This document shows positions 51,104-60,085 of a stretch of 64,000 nt of DNA, piece by piece. Position numbers and translations under genes: made by a program. Every line of letters begins with the position of its first letter. Position 1 is the stretch's first letter. The notes below the pieces were generated by a model. The model was not told where the DNA came from. It saw only the letters and a program-made list of their open reading frames with translations, and searched no databases. This DNA is from an uncultured Candidatus Rokubacteria bacterium (GTDB lineage Bacteria > Methylomirabilota > Methylomirabilia > Rokubacteriales > CSP1-6): contig CAVVEU010000029.1 in the NCBI GenBank assembly GCA_963747235.1, positions 96,001 through 160,000 on the forward strand, read 5' to 3'.

Positions 51104-54100
51104 CTACCTCCTGGCCAGATCCTCGACTTCTCGAATGAGGGGCGACGACTCGAGCCCCGCCCGTAGGCCGGGATCCCGGGTTGCCGCCCGTAGCCGGGTG
51201 ATGATAGCCCAGGCCGTGCGGTAGCGCCCGAGCGCCTCCTCCCGTCGCCCCCGCGCCGCATCGAGCCGGCCGAGTGCGACCTGGCTCACCCAGGTCTGGC
51301 GCGGCTGGCCGATCGCCTCCGCGATGGTCAGCGCGCGCCGCAGCGCATCGTGCGCCTCGTCCCAGGCGTGGCGCGCGGTCGCACTCTCTCCCTTGATGCG
51401 CCACGCCCAGCTCTCGAACTTCCGCGACCGGGTCGGCACGCCGATCTCGAGGCTCTGATCGGCGAGCCGCCGGGCCCGCTCGGGATCGCCCTGGAGCAGC
51501 GCGAGCTGCCCCAGGCCCGCGTAGCACTGCGTCGCGTAGCGCCAGGTCATCCAGCGCGAGGGCGGCGGATGGCGGACCACATGATGCGACTCTTCGAGCG
51601 CCTCGGCGGCCGCGGCGAGATCTCCCTGCGCCATCCAGGCCTCGGCCTCGTTGTTGCGGATGAACGCGCGGCGCTCGGCGCCGGTGCCGTGGCCGGCCCG
51701 CGACGAGCGTCCGGTGGCCTCGTACGATTGCTCCGAGAGCTCGACCCCGGTCGGATAGTCGCCGCACTCGATTCGCAGCCAGCCGATCGTGTTGAGAAAT
51801 CGCGGAATATACGCGTCGTCGCCGATCTTCTCCGCGAGCGCAAACCCCTCGCCGAGGGCCGCAAGCGCCCGGTCGTACTCTCCCACGTCATTGGCCGCCA
51901 CCCCCTCGTTCCACAGGCAGCGGAGCAGCGGGACGACGAGCCGATGTTCGCGGGCGATCCGAGCACCTTCCGCGCTGAGCTCGAGGCTCGGCCCATACTC
52001 CCCCTGCCAGCTCCGATGCAACGAGAGGAAATGGAGTGCGAGCGCCTGGCGATTCGGATCACCCACCGCCCGGCCGATGGTCAGGGCCCGCCCGACGTCC
52101 GCTTCCGCGTCGTCGAGGCGCCCAGAGACCGCGTGCATGTAGCCCCGGATGTACAGGCCGAAGCCCAGCGGGGCCTGGGCCCCGACGCTCTCGGCGATCT
52201 CGATCGCCTCTCGCACCCGCTCGAACGCGGGCGGGAAATCCTCGGCCCACTGGAGCGCCTGGGCGACCTGCACCAGCGCCACCGCCTCCGCGACGCGATC
52301 GCCGGCGCGGCGGGCCAGGTCCACGAGGGCCTCGGCCGCCTCGCGGGAGCGGACGAAGTCGCCGATGCCAAAGAAGAGGTCGGCCCGCGCGCGATGAATC
52401 GCCATGAGCGTGGCCACGGGCGCCGACTGGCGCCGCCGGGCCGCAACCACGAGCGCCTCGGCATACAGCTCGATGGCCTGCCGCAGGCCGAACGCCTGGG
52501 TCGCCTTCTCGGCGGCCTTGAGCAAGTAGTCGAGCGCCCGGTCCCAGTCCTCGGCATGCGAGAAGTGGTGGGCGAGCATCTCGAAGTGCTCGGCGAGCCG
52601 ATCGGCGTACAGCTCCTCGATGGCCCGCCCGATGAGCCCGTGCAGCTCCTTGCGCCGTCGCACGAGGAGGGAGGCGTAGGTCACATCCTGGGTCAAGGCG
52701 TGCTTGAACATGTACGCCAGCTCGGGGAAGCGGCGGCGCTCGTGGATCAGCTCGAGCGCGGTGAGCTCACGGAGGTTGTCCTCGGTGCTCTCCCGGATCT
52801 CGGCCAGGCGGTCCACGAGCCGTCGGGTGAACTCGCGCCCGATCACCGACGCGAGCTGCAGCGTCTGCTTGGGCGCTTCGGCCAGCCGGTCGATCCGGGC
52901 CGCGATCACGTCCTGGATGGTGCTGGGAATGTCGGACGCGGTCACCGGCCGGGCCAGGTCGAGCCGGCCGTTCGCCCGCCGCAGGACTCCGCCTTCCTCC
53001 AGCGACTTGACCAGCTCCTCGACGTAGAACGGGTTGCCCTCGGCCTTCGTGGCGACGAGCGCCCGCAGCTCGGCCGGCAGGGTGTCGGTGGCGAGGACCG
53101 CCGCCGCCATGCGGACGCTGTCGTCGGCCGACAGCGGCGCCGGCACGATGCGGGTGAAGTAGCTGCGATCGCCGAAGGGACTCGGGTATCCCGGTCGATA
53201 GGTGAACACGAGCAGCGCCCGGACCGCCGGCACGCTGTCCACCAGGGACGCGAGGAACTGCTCGCTCGCACTGTCGATCCAATGCAGGTCCTCGATGACC
53301 AGGATCTGGGATTGCCGCTCGGCCGCGCGGACCAGGAGGCGACGGAGCGCGTCGAGGATCTCGCCGCGGCGTTCCGCGGGGCTCATGGCCCGCACCGCCT
53401 CATCGCCCGGGTCGACGGACAGCAAGGCCCGGAGATACGAGGAGACGGGCCCGAGGTCCGCACCGATCTGCGCGACCCCCCGCTCGAGCTTCGCGGTGAT
53501 GGCCGCGTCGCCGTCACTCTCCTCGACGCCGAACCAGCGCCGGATCAGGTCGACCAGCGGATGAAAGGCCATCGCCTTCCCGAACGAGAGACAGTGGCCT
53601 TCGTGCCAGTCGCCGGCGGCGCCGACCCGGCGGCGAAGCTCGAGGAGCAATCGTGACTTTCCGATCCCGGGCTCGCCCACGACGAATACCACCTGTCCCT
53701 CGCCGGACTGGGCGCGGGCGAAGGCATCGAGCAGCTGGCCCAGCTCGCGCTCGCGCCCCACCAGCGGGGTGAGCCCGTGCTCCACCTCGACGTCGAGGCG
53801 CGTGCGCGCCTCGCGGGCGGTCACCACTTCCCAGGCGGGCATCGGCTCGACCTTGCCCTTCAGCTGCTTCTCGCCCAGCGAGCGCGTCTCGAAGTAGCCG
53901 TGCACGAGCCGATGGGTCGCCTCCGAGATCGTCACCCGACCAGGCTCGCCCACCTGCTGCATGCGCGCCGCCACGTTGGTGGTATCGCCGACCGCGGTGT
54001 AGTCCATGCGCAGGTCGCTGCCGATGCTGCCCACCACCACGAGGCCGGTATTGAGGCCCTGGCGGACGCGGAAGGTGATGCCGCGCGGCCGGAGCTCGGC

Positions 54101-54628
54101 CTGGTAGGCGTCGAGCGCGCGGGCGATGCCGAGCGCCGCGTGGACGGCCCGCCGCGCGTGGTCCTCGTGCGCGATGGGCGCCCCGAAGAGCGCCATGATG
54201 CCGTCACCGAGGAACTGGTTCACCGTGCCCTCGAAGCGGTGCACCTCGGCCAGCATGAGATCGAAGGCGCGGCTCATGAGCCGGTGAACTTCCTCGGGAT
54301 CGAGGCCGGCGGACAGGGCCGTGAAGCCGGAGACATCCACGAAGAGTACCGTCACCTGCTTGCGCTCGCCCTTGAGCGCCCCCGCGGTGGTGAGGATCTT
54401 CTCGGCCAGATGCTTCGGGGTGTAGACGGTCGGCGAGGCGAACTGATCGGGAGCTGCCTGCGCGGGCTCACGCTTCGGCGCGAGGGCGGCACCACACTGG
54501 TGGCAGAAGCGGTTGCCCGGCGGGTTCTCCGTCTGGCACGCGGGACAGGCCACGACCAGGCGCGCGCCGCATCCGCCGCAGAACTGGGCGGCGGCCGGAT
54601 TCGCGTGGCCGCAGCCAGTGCAGGTCAT
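51104..54628 (-). CDS. STAND-type signalling protein: double zinc ribbon, class III nucleotide cyclase, P-loop NTPase, TPR region
   Basis: Four CxxC pairs; GERKQVTVLFVDVSGFT, FLGDGIMALFG, YTAVGDTTNVAAR; GRERE, GEPGIGKS, ILVIEDLHW, GNPFY, FKHAL; TPR-like helices. Confidence 0.92.
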   Translation of the reverse strand: MTCTGCGHANPAAAQFCGGCGARLVVACPACQTENPPGNRFCHQCGAALAPKREPAQAAPDQFASPTVYTPKHLAEKILTTAGALKGERKQVTVLFVDVSGFTALSAGLDPEEVHRLMSRAFDLMLAEVHRFEGTVNQFLGDGIMALFGAPIAHEDHARRAVHAALGIARALDAYQAELRPRGITFRVRQGLNTGLVVVGSIGSDLRMDYTAVGDTTNVAARMQQVGEPGRVTISEATHRLVHGYFETRSLGEKQLKGKVEPMPAWEVVTAREARTRLDVEVEHGLTPLVGRERELGQLLDAFARAQSGEGQVVFVVGEPGIGKSRLLLELRRRVGAAGDWHEGHCLSFGKAMAFHPLVDLIRRWFGVEESDGDAAITAKLERGVAQIGADLGPVSSYLRALLSVDPGDEAVRAMSPAERRGEILDALRRLLVRAAERQSQILVIEDLHWIDSASEQFLASLVDSVPAVRALLVFTYRPGYPSPFGDRSYFTRIVPAPLSADDSVRMAAAVLATDTLPAELRALVATKAEGNPFYVEELVKSLEEGGVLRRANGRLDLARPVTASDIPSTIQDVIAARIDRLAEAPKQTLQLASVIGREFTRRLVDRLAEIRESTEDNLRELTALELIHERRRFPELAYMFKHALTQDVTYASLLVRRRKELHGLIGRAIEELYADRLAEHFEMLAHHFSHAEDWDRALDYLLKAAEKATQAFGLRQAIELYAEALVVAARRRQSAPVATLMAIHRARADLFFGIGDFVRSREAAEALVDLARRAGDRVAEAVALVQVAQALQWAEDFPPAFERVREAIEIAESVGAQAPLGFGLYIRGYMHAVSGRLDDAEADVGRALTIGRAVGDPNRQALALHFLSLHRSWQGEYGPSLELSAEGARIAREHRLVVPLLRCLWNEGVAANDVGEYDRALAALGEGFALAEKIGDDAYIPRFLNTIGWLRIECGDYPTGVELSEQSYEATGRSSRAGHGTGAERRAFIRNNEAEAWMAQGDLAAAAEALEESHHVVRHPPPSRWMTWRYATQCYAGLGQLALLQGDPERARRLADQSLEIGVPTRSRKFESWAWRIKGESATARHAWDEAHDALRRALTIAEAIGQPRQTWVSQVALGRLDAARGRREEALGRYRTAWAIITRLRAATRDPGLRAGLESSPLIREVEDLARR

Positions 54629-54644
54629 GCGCCGACCGTCGGGT

Positions 54645-55613
54645 CTAGCTCTCGCGCCACGCGCCGGCCTGATCGAGCGCGGCCGTCGCCTCGGCGTCCA
54701 GCTTGAGCTCGATCCCGGCCGCGAGCTCCTTGACCTGCACCGCCGACGTGGCGCTCGCGATCGGCGCGGTGATGCCCGGCCGGTGCGCCAGCCACGAGAG
54801 CGACACCTGCGCGGGCGTGGCGTTGACGGCCGCCGCGACCTTCTCGACCGCGGCCAGCACGCGGAAGCCGCGCTCGTTCATGTAGGTCTTCTCGACGCCC
54901 GCCGCGCGCGCGGTCTTGGGCATCGGCTCGCCCGAGCGGTACTTGCCGGAGAGGAACCCGCTCGCCAGCGAGAAGTACGGGATCACGCCGATCGTCTGCT
55001 CCAGGCAGAGCGGCTCGAGCTCGCGCTCGTACTCGTCGCGGATCACCAGGTTGTACTTGGGCTGCAGGCACTCGTAGCGCGCGTAGCGGTTTCGCTCGCT
55101 CTCCCAGAGCGCGCGGGTGAGCCGCCACGCGGAATAGTTCGAGGCGCCGATGTAGCGCACCTTGCCCTGGCGCACCAGGTCGTCGAAGGCGCGCAGCGTC
55201 TCCTCGAGCGGCGTCTCCTTGTCGTCCCAGTGCGCCTGGTAGAGGTCGATGTAGTCGGTCTGCAGCCGACGCAGCGAGGCCTCGACGCCGTCCATGATGT
55301 GCGCCCGGGAGAGGCCCTTGTCGTTCGGGCCCGACCCCATCGGCCCGCAGACCTTGGTGGCGATCAGCACCGACGCGCGATTCTTCCGCGCGGCCACCCA
55401 CGCGCCGAGCGCGGTCTCGGACTCGCCGCCCTTGTTGCCGGGGACCCAGCTCGAGTAGATGTCGGCGGTGTCGATGAAGTTACCGCCCGCCTCGACGTAG
55501 GCGTCCAGCACCGCCTCGGAGGCCTTCTGATCCGTCGTCCACCCGAACGTGTTGCCGCCCAGGCACAGCGCGGACACCTTGAGCCCGGTTCGCCCCAGCT
55601 TGCGCATCAGCAT
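54645..55613 (-). CDS. Aldo/keto reductase
   Basis: LGRTGLKVSALCLG, NFIDTADIY, IATK, SLRRLQTDYIDLYQAH, GKVRYIGASN, QPKYNL. Confidence 0.93.
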   Translation of the reverse strand: MLMRKLGRTGLKVSALCLGGNTFGWTTDQKASEAVLDAYVEAGGNFIDTADIYSSWVPGNKGGESETALGAWVAARKNRASVLIATKVCGPMGSGPNDKGLSRAHIMDGVEASLRRLQTDYIDLYQAHWDDKETPLEETLRAFDDLVRQGKVRYIGASNYSAWRLTRALWESERNRYARYECLQPKYNLVIRDEYERELEPLCLEQTIGVIPYFSLASGFLSGKYRSGEPMPKTARAAGVEKTYMNERGFRVLAAVEKVAAAVNATPAQVSLSWLAHRPGITAPIASATSAVQVKELAAGIELKLDAEATAALDQAGAWRES

Positions 55614-55623
55614 GATGAGTCTC

Positions 55624-56763
55624 CTATTTCCAGAGTTGGCCGGACGCCAGCCGCGCGCCCTCGGTCATGGATGTGAGCTTGGCCCAGACGATCTCGGGCT
55701 CGACCAGCGGCTGCGAGCGCGCGAACGTCGCGAAGCCGCAGTCGCTGCCCGCGATCACCCGCTCGCGCCCCACCGCCTCCGCGTAACGGACGAGGCGCTG
55801 CGCGACCAGCTCCGGGTGCTCGATGAAGTTGGTGGTGGTGTCGAGCACGCCCGGGATCAGCACCTTGTCGTCGGGCAGCTTGATCTCGCGGAACACGACC
55901 CACTCGTGGGCGTGGCGCGGGTTGGCGCCCTCGAAGGAGAGCCCCTGCGGGCGCGCCTTGAGCACCACCGGCAGGATCTCGCGCAGCGGGATGTCGCGGT
56001 GGTGCGGGCCCTCGTAGTTGCCCCAGCAGAGGTGCAGGCGCATCCGATCGGGCGGGATGTCGCGGAGCGCGTGATTGAGCGCCTCCACGTTGCCCTCCGC
56101 GAGCTTCACGAACGCCGCGTTGCTCAGGTCGGGGAACGCCAGGTGCCGGCTCATGGCCAGGTCCGGGCAATCCACCTGGAGCACGAAGCCGGCGCGGTGG
56201 ATGGCGTCGTACTCCTCCTTCATCACGTCCACCAGCCGGGCCAGGTAGGCCTCGCGGCTCGGGTAGTGGGTGTTCTGGAGGAAGTGGGCGATGACGCCCG
56301 GCGACGCGGCGGTCATGAAGGCCTCGGTGGGCGCGGCGCCGTCCACCGCCGCGCGCAGGTTGGCCACGTCCTTCCCGACCGCGGTGCGGTCCTTCCAGTC
56401 GATGGGGCCGTTGCAGGCGGGGCGCATGATCGCGGCGCGGCGCTCGCCCCGGGCCGCCGCCTCGGGGAAATCGGCCCAGTCGGCCCGCTTCGCGGCCCCG
56501 CTCTGACCGTCGAAGCCGGTGAGCCGGTGGCGCACGTAGGTCGAGTAGCCCACCTTGCCCTGCTCGCCGTCGCTGACGATGTCCACGCCGGCGGCCACCT
56601 GCTGGCGCACGATGTCAGCCACCGCGCGGCGGACGCGGGCCTCGAGCGCGCCCGGGTCGGTGCCGCCACCGGTATCGAGGGCGTCGAGCATCCCGGCCAA
56701 GTCGGGCGGCCGGGGCAGGCTACCGGTGTGCGTGGTCAGGATCCGGTCCGTGCTTCGCTTCAT
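55624..56763 (-). CDS. Cobalamin-independent methionine synthase II family (MetE C-terminal-only / XecA-like) zinc enzyme
   Basis: ILTTHTGSLPRP, VSDGEQGK, LQVDCPDL, HLCWGNYEGPH, PGVLD, SDCGF. Confidence 0.88.
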   Translation of the reverse strand: MKRSTDRILTTHTGSLPRPPDLAGMLDALDTGGGTDPGALEARVRRAVADIVRQQVAAGVDIVSDGEQGKVGYSTYVRHRLTGFDGQSGAAKRADWADFPEAAARGERRAAIMRPACNGPIDWKDRTAVGKDVANLRAAVDGAAPTEAFMTAASPGVIAHFLQNTHYPSREAYLARLVDVMKEEYDAIHRAGFVLQVDCPDLAMSRHLAFPDLSNAAFVKLAEGNVEALNHALRDIPPDRMRLHLCWGNYEGPHHRDIPLREILPVVLKARPQGLSFEGANPRHAHEWVVFREIKLPDDKVLIPGVLDTTTNFIEHPELVAQRLVRYAEAVGRERVIAGSDCGFATFARSQPLVEPEIVWAKLTSMTEGARLASGQLWK

Positions 56764-56836
56764 GGGGGCGAGCGAATCTGACTCCACTCGCGAGCGATTG
56801 TCAAGAATGCTCGGCCCGGAGGGTCCTAAGGCGTCA

Positions 56837-57625
56837 CTATCGTTGGCCGCTACCGAAGAGAACATCCGCCTGCATCTCCAGTTCACCGTGTACGAGGAAC
56901 GGCGCCATCCGTTTTCGCACATCTTCGCGCACGGCCTGCCGTGCAGCGCCGGGGAGTCTCAGGAACAATTGCCCGTGGCGTCCCCCGCCGGCCTCGAACG
57001 GCTGCCAATACTCCTCGAACGATGTGAATCGATGGGCGCGGGTCTCCCGCGTGAGGCGAATCGCGTTCAACCCCGCTCCAGCCAGCAATCGCTCGAGCGT
57101 GTCGCCATCGGCCAAGGCCGACGGCTGATACAGGACGGCTCGCTGATCCGGGAAGTAGCGACTGAGTTCGTCCATGAGGATGCCAAAGAGCGGCACCTGC
57201 TCGGGTGCAGCCCAGACGCACACGGCAAGTCGTGCGCCGCCACGTAGAACGCGCATCCATTCCCGGAGAGCGGTCGCTGGATCAGGCAGGAACATGAGCC
57301 CGAGTTGACACACGACCGCATCGAAGCTCTCGTCCCTGAACGCCAGCGTTTGCCCATCCATCAGAACCAGCGACACTGGCTGCTTCGCTACCTTCGACGC
57401 CGCGATGCGCAGCATTGGCGCCGACACATCGATCCCAATGACCCTCCCGGTCGTCCCAACGCGAGACCCGGCGAGCGTGGCCGCTTCACCAGTTCCCGTC
57501 GCCACGTCGAGAACTCGATGGCCGGTGGCCAGACCGGCCTCGGCCAGCAGGGTCGGCACGTAGAGCCGAGACCATCGTCCGGAGAGCAAATCATAAGAGG
57601 CCGCGCCGGCATCGTAAGAGATCAT
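56837..57625 (-). CDS. Class I SAM-dependent methyltransferase
   Basis: RVLDVATGTG, GIDVSAPML, FDAVVCQLGLMFLPD, RVLRGG. Codon usage is less GC-biased than its neighbours. Confidence 0.85.
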   Translation of the reverse strand: MISYDAGAASYDLLSGRWSRLYVPTLLAEAGLATGHRVLDVATGTGEAATLAGSRVGTTGRVIGIDVSAPMLRIAASKVAKQPVSLVLMDGQTLAFRDESFDAVVCQLGLMFLPDPATALREWMRVLRGGARLAVCVWAAPEQVPLFGILMDELSRYFPDQRAVLYQPSALADGDTLERLLAGAGLNAIRLTRETRAHRFTSFEEYWQPFEAGGGRHGQLFLRLPGAARQAVREDVRKRMAPFLVHGELEMQADVLFGSGQR

Positions 57626-57753
57626 CCCGCGCTCAACTCGGGTCGCGTGCACCGCGTCCATCGGGGCAAGTTGCGGATGCAGGAGCAGGTGATGAGCCAG
57701 ACCCCCATGAAGGCGCGGCGCGGCATCTCGGGCGAGCAGATTGTGGTGTCCAT
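57622..57753 (-). other. Small 43-aa ORF or relic of an exported-protein gene start, coupled to the methyltransferase
   Basis: MDTTICSPEMPRRAFMGVWLITCSCIRNLPRWTRCTRPELSAG*; SD-like GGGGA; TG-G-TAGACT -10-like box at ~57780-57788; its stop overlaps the methyltransferase ATG (ATGA). Confidence 0.35.
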
Positions 57754-57877
57754 ACGGTCCCCCGTGGGGTCTGGCCGCGAGTCTACCAGTGTCGGCCCGC
57801 GCGCGTGCGGGCGGCAGACAAGAATGCTACAGTCTCAGCCGACCCGGCCCTGATCTCCCACCACGAGGAGGATCGCC

Positions 57878-58999
57878 ATGGGACGCCCGTACAACGTCAT
57901 CGACGCCGACGGCCACGTGCTCGAACCGGTGGACATCTGGGACAAGTACATCGACCCGAGCTTTCGCGAGCGGGCGCCCCGGATCGTCATCGACACCGAC
58001 GGCAAGGAGCGCCTGCTCGTCGAGGGACAGGTCCTGGGCAGCCAGAAGGGCTTCGGCGTCATCGGGGCCATCGGGTCCCGGCAGGGTGAGGTGGCCGCCG
58101 AAGCCACGATGAAGTACGTGGAAGGGCGGCCCGGCGGGTTCGACCCGCACGCCCGCATCCCGGACATGGACCTGGACGGCATCGACGCCGCCTTCCTCTA
58201 CCCGAGCGTGGGCCTCTTCGCGGGCGCGGTGCAGGAGCCGGGGCTCGCGGCCGGGATGTGCCGCGCCTACAATCGCTGGCTCGCGGACTACTGCCAGCCC
58301 TATCCCGATCGGCTGTTCGGGGTGGCGATGCTGCCGATGCAGTCGATCGACCTGGCCATCCAGGAGATGCGCTACGCGCGGAAGGAGCTGGGCATGCGCG
58401 CCGGCTTCCTCCGCCCCAACCCCTACAACGGCAAGATGCTGCACCACCCGGACTACGCGCCCTTCTGGGAGGAAGTCCAGGAGCTGGACATGGCGATCGG
58501 GATCCACGAGGGCGCGAGCGGCGGCATGCCGCAGGTCGGGGTGGACCGGTTCGAGACGCGCGGGGCCCGGCACATCATCTCGCACACCATGGAGATGATG
58601 CTGGCCGCGATGAGCGTGATCTGGAGCGGGGTCTGCGACCGCTACCCGCGCGTGCGGATCGGCTTCATGGAGTCGGGCGGCGGGTGGATCGCGCCGTGGC
58701 TCGACCGGATGGATCGCCACTTCGACGATCAGGGCTTCAACGACTCGGGCCTCTCCATGCGGCCGACCGAGCTGTTCCGGCGCAACTGCTGGATCTCGTT
58801 CGAGCCGGTCGAGGGCTGCCTGAGCGCCCTGGCCGACTACATCGGCCCGCACAAGATCCTGTGGGCGACCGACTACCCGCATCCCGACGGCTTCTTCCCC
58901 GGCGCCCCGCAGCTCATCGCGAACCGGCCCGAGCTGTCGGACGCGACGAAGCGCGAGATCCTGGGCGGGGGCGCCCGGCGCTTCTACGGTCTGGCCTAG
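57878..58999 (+). CDS. Amidohydrolase_2 family protein
   Basis: SD GAGGAGG; VIDADGHVLEP, DMDLDGIDAAFLYPS, AYNRWL, GIH, ESGGGW, WATDYPHPD. Confidence 0.92.
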   Translation: MGRPYNVIDADGHVLEPVDIWDKYIDPSFRERAPRIVIDTDGKERLLVEGQVLGSQKGFGVIGAIGSRQGEVAAEATMKYVEGRPGGFDPHARIPDMDLDGIDAAFLYPSVGLFAGAVQEPGLAAGMCRAYNRWLADYCQPYPDRLFGVAMLPMQSIDLAIQEMRYARKELGMRAGFLRPNPYNGKMLHHPDYAPFWEEVQELDMAIGIHEGASGGMPQVGVDRFETRGARHIISHTMEMMLAAMSVIWSGVCDRYPRVRIGFMESGGGWIAPWLDRMDRHFDDQGFNDSGLSMRPTELFRRNCWISFEPVEGCLSALADYIGPHKILWATDYPHPDGFFPGAPQLIANRPELSDATKREILGGGARRFYGLA

Positions 59000-59997
59000 C
59001 CGCGGCCGAGTGCTGCCTTCCCGAAGGTAGTCGACGGGTCCTCGAAGCGAAGCCGCTGGGCCAGCCGGTGCCCCGGCAGCGCATCGAAGATGTGCCGGAC
59101 CCGACCGGCAACCGTCGAGGCGGCGGCATCGGTCCGGATGCCGAGCGAGAGGTACGGTCGGCGCATCGATCGAAGCTCCTGCTCGACGACGTCCCAGAAG
59201 ACGTCCCCGGACGACCAGCCGGCGGTCGGATAGAGCATCTCTACCGATCTGGAAGCGGGGCGGCGCAGAATGCGGCGGGCCGCCCGGCGCCACAGCGGGC
59301 GTGGCGGGACGCGAGAACGCGTCGTGAGCGGCACCATCACGAGCCGCCGGCCCCGGCGGCCCCCGTCGATCCGGAAGTCGTGGCGCGCCGGGCGGTATGG
59401 CAACCGCGGGGCGCTCGCGCAGTCGGTGTACGATCCCACGATGGGCGACGCGTCCACCCCGGACGGCACCTCCGTGGCGTGCACGCCCCAGCCCGTGATC
59501 GGCTCCAGCGTGAGATCGACCTCGACGCCGGCCCCCTCCGCGGCGGCCACGATCTGGTTCGTGAGAAAGCCGGCGCCCGACCGAAAGAGCCGAGCGGGAC
59601 CTCCGGCCCACTGCGCATAGGCCTCGAGGGCAAACCGGGTGGCATACCCCTGCCAGTCCCCGTCTTCGAACTCGTGCACCCACAGGCCCCGGTCCGCGGC
59701 CCAGCGGATCGAGTGCGCGTGCACGCCGAGGTAGTCACCGGCGGCCTGCAGCCGCGCGGTTCGATCGGGAAAGGCCACGAGCCCATGATCGGCCCGCCCA
59801 TGGATCTCCGCGATCTGCGGGTCGGTCCGGAAATACCAGCCGAACTTCGGCGCGGCACCGGTTCGTTCGGCCAGCCTCGTTCGGAGCCGCTCGGCATACT
59901 CGACCATTGCCGCGTACCCGGCCCACGGCGGGGGATCGCGCCGGTCGAGCTGGAAGCCCTCGGGCTCGACGTCGACGCTCAGAAAGGCGGGAATCAT
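58996..59997 (-). CDS. Hypothetical protein, polysaccharide-deacetylase-like fold
   Basis: FLSVDVEP, LGVHAH, FRSGAGF, VDLT; these resemble CE4/NodB-like metal and substrate motifs. Atypical codon usage. Confidence 0.55.
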   Translation of the reverse strand: MIPAFLSVDVEPEGFQLDRRDPPPWAGYAAMVEYAERLRTRLAERTGAAPKFGWYFRTDPQIAEIHGRADHGLVAFPDRTARLQAAGDYLGVHAHSIRWAADRGLWVHEFEDGDWQGYATRFALEAYAQWAGGPARLFRSGAGFLTNQIVAAAEGAGVEVDLTLEPITGWGVHATEVPSGVDASPIVGSYTDCASAPRLPYRPARHDFRIDGGRRGRRLVMVPLTTRSRVPPRPLWRRAARRILRRPASRSVEMLYPTAGWSSGDVFWDVVEQELRSMRRPYLSLGIRTDAAASTVAGRVRHIFDALPGHRLAQRLRFEDPSTTFGKAALGRG

Positions 59998-60085
59998 CAG
60001 CCAGGGTGAACCGTGACCACGGATCCTAGCATGAACGCGGCGGGCCGGGGTGCGGTAGGATGCGATGCGAGAGGACCGGACGATC

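Noticed and set aside
55624-56763. Calling this gene metE
   Set aside because: It is only the single-barrel ~380-aa form with no folate-binding N-terminal half; this family includes non-methionine enzymes.
1231-59683. Many long antisense or alternate-frame ORFs (e.g. 1231-3006 -, 12283-14391 -, 26228-28729 -, 51350-53656 +, 57827-59683 -)
   Set aside because: They are shadows of real genes in very high-GC DNA: Arg/Gly/Ala/Pro-rich with no family motifs.
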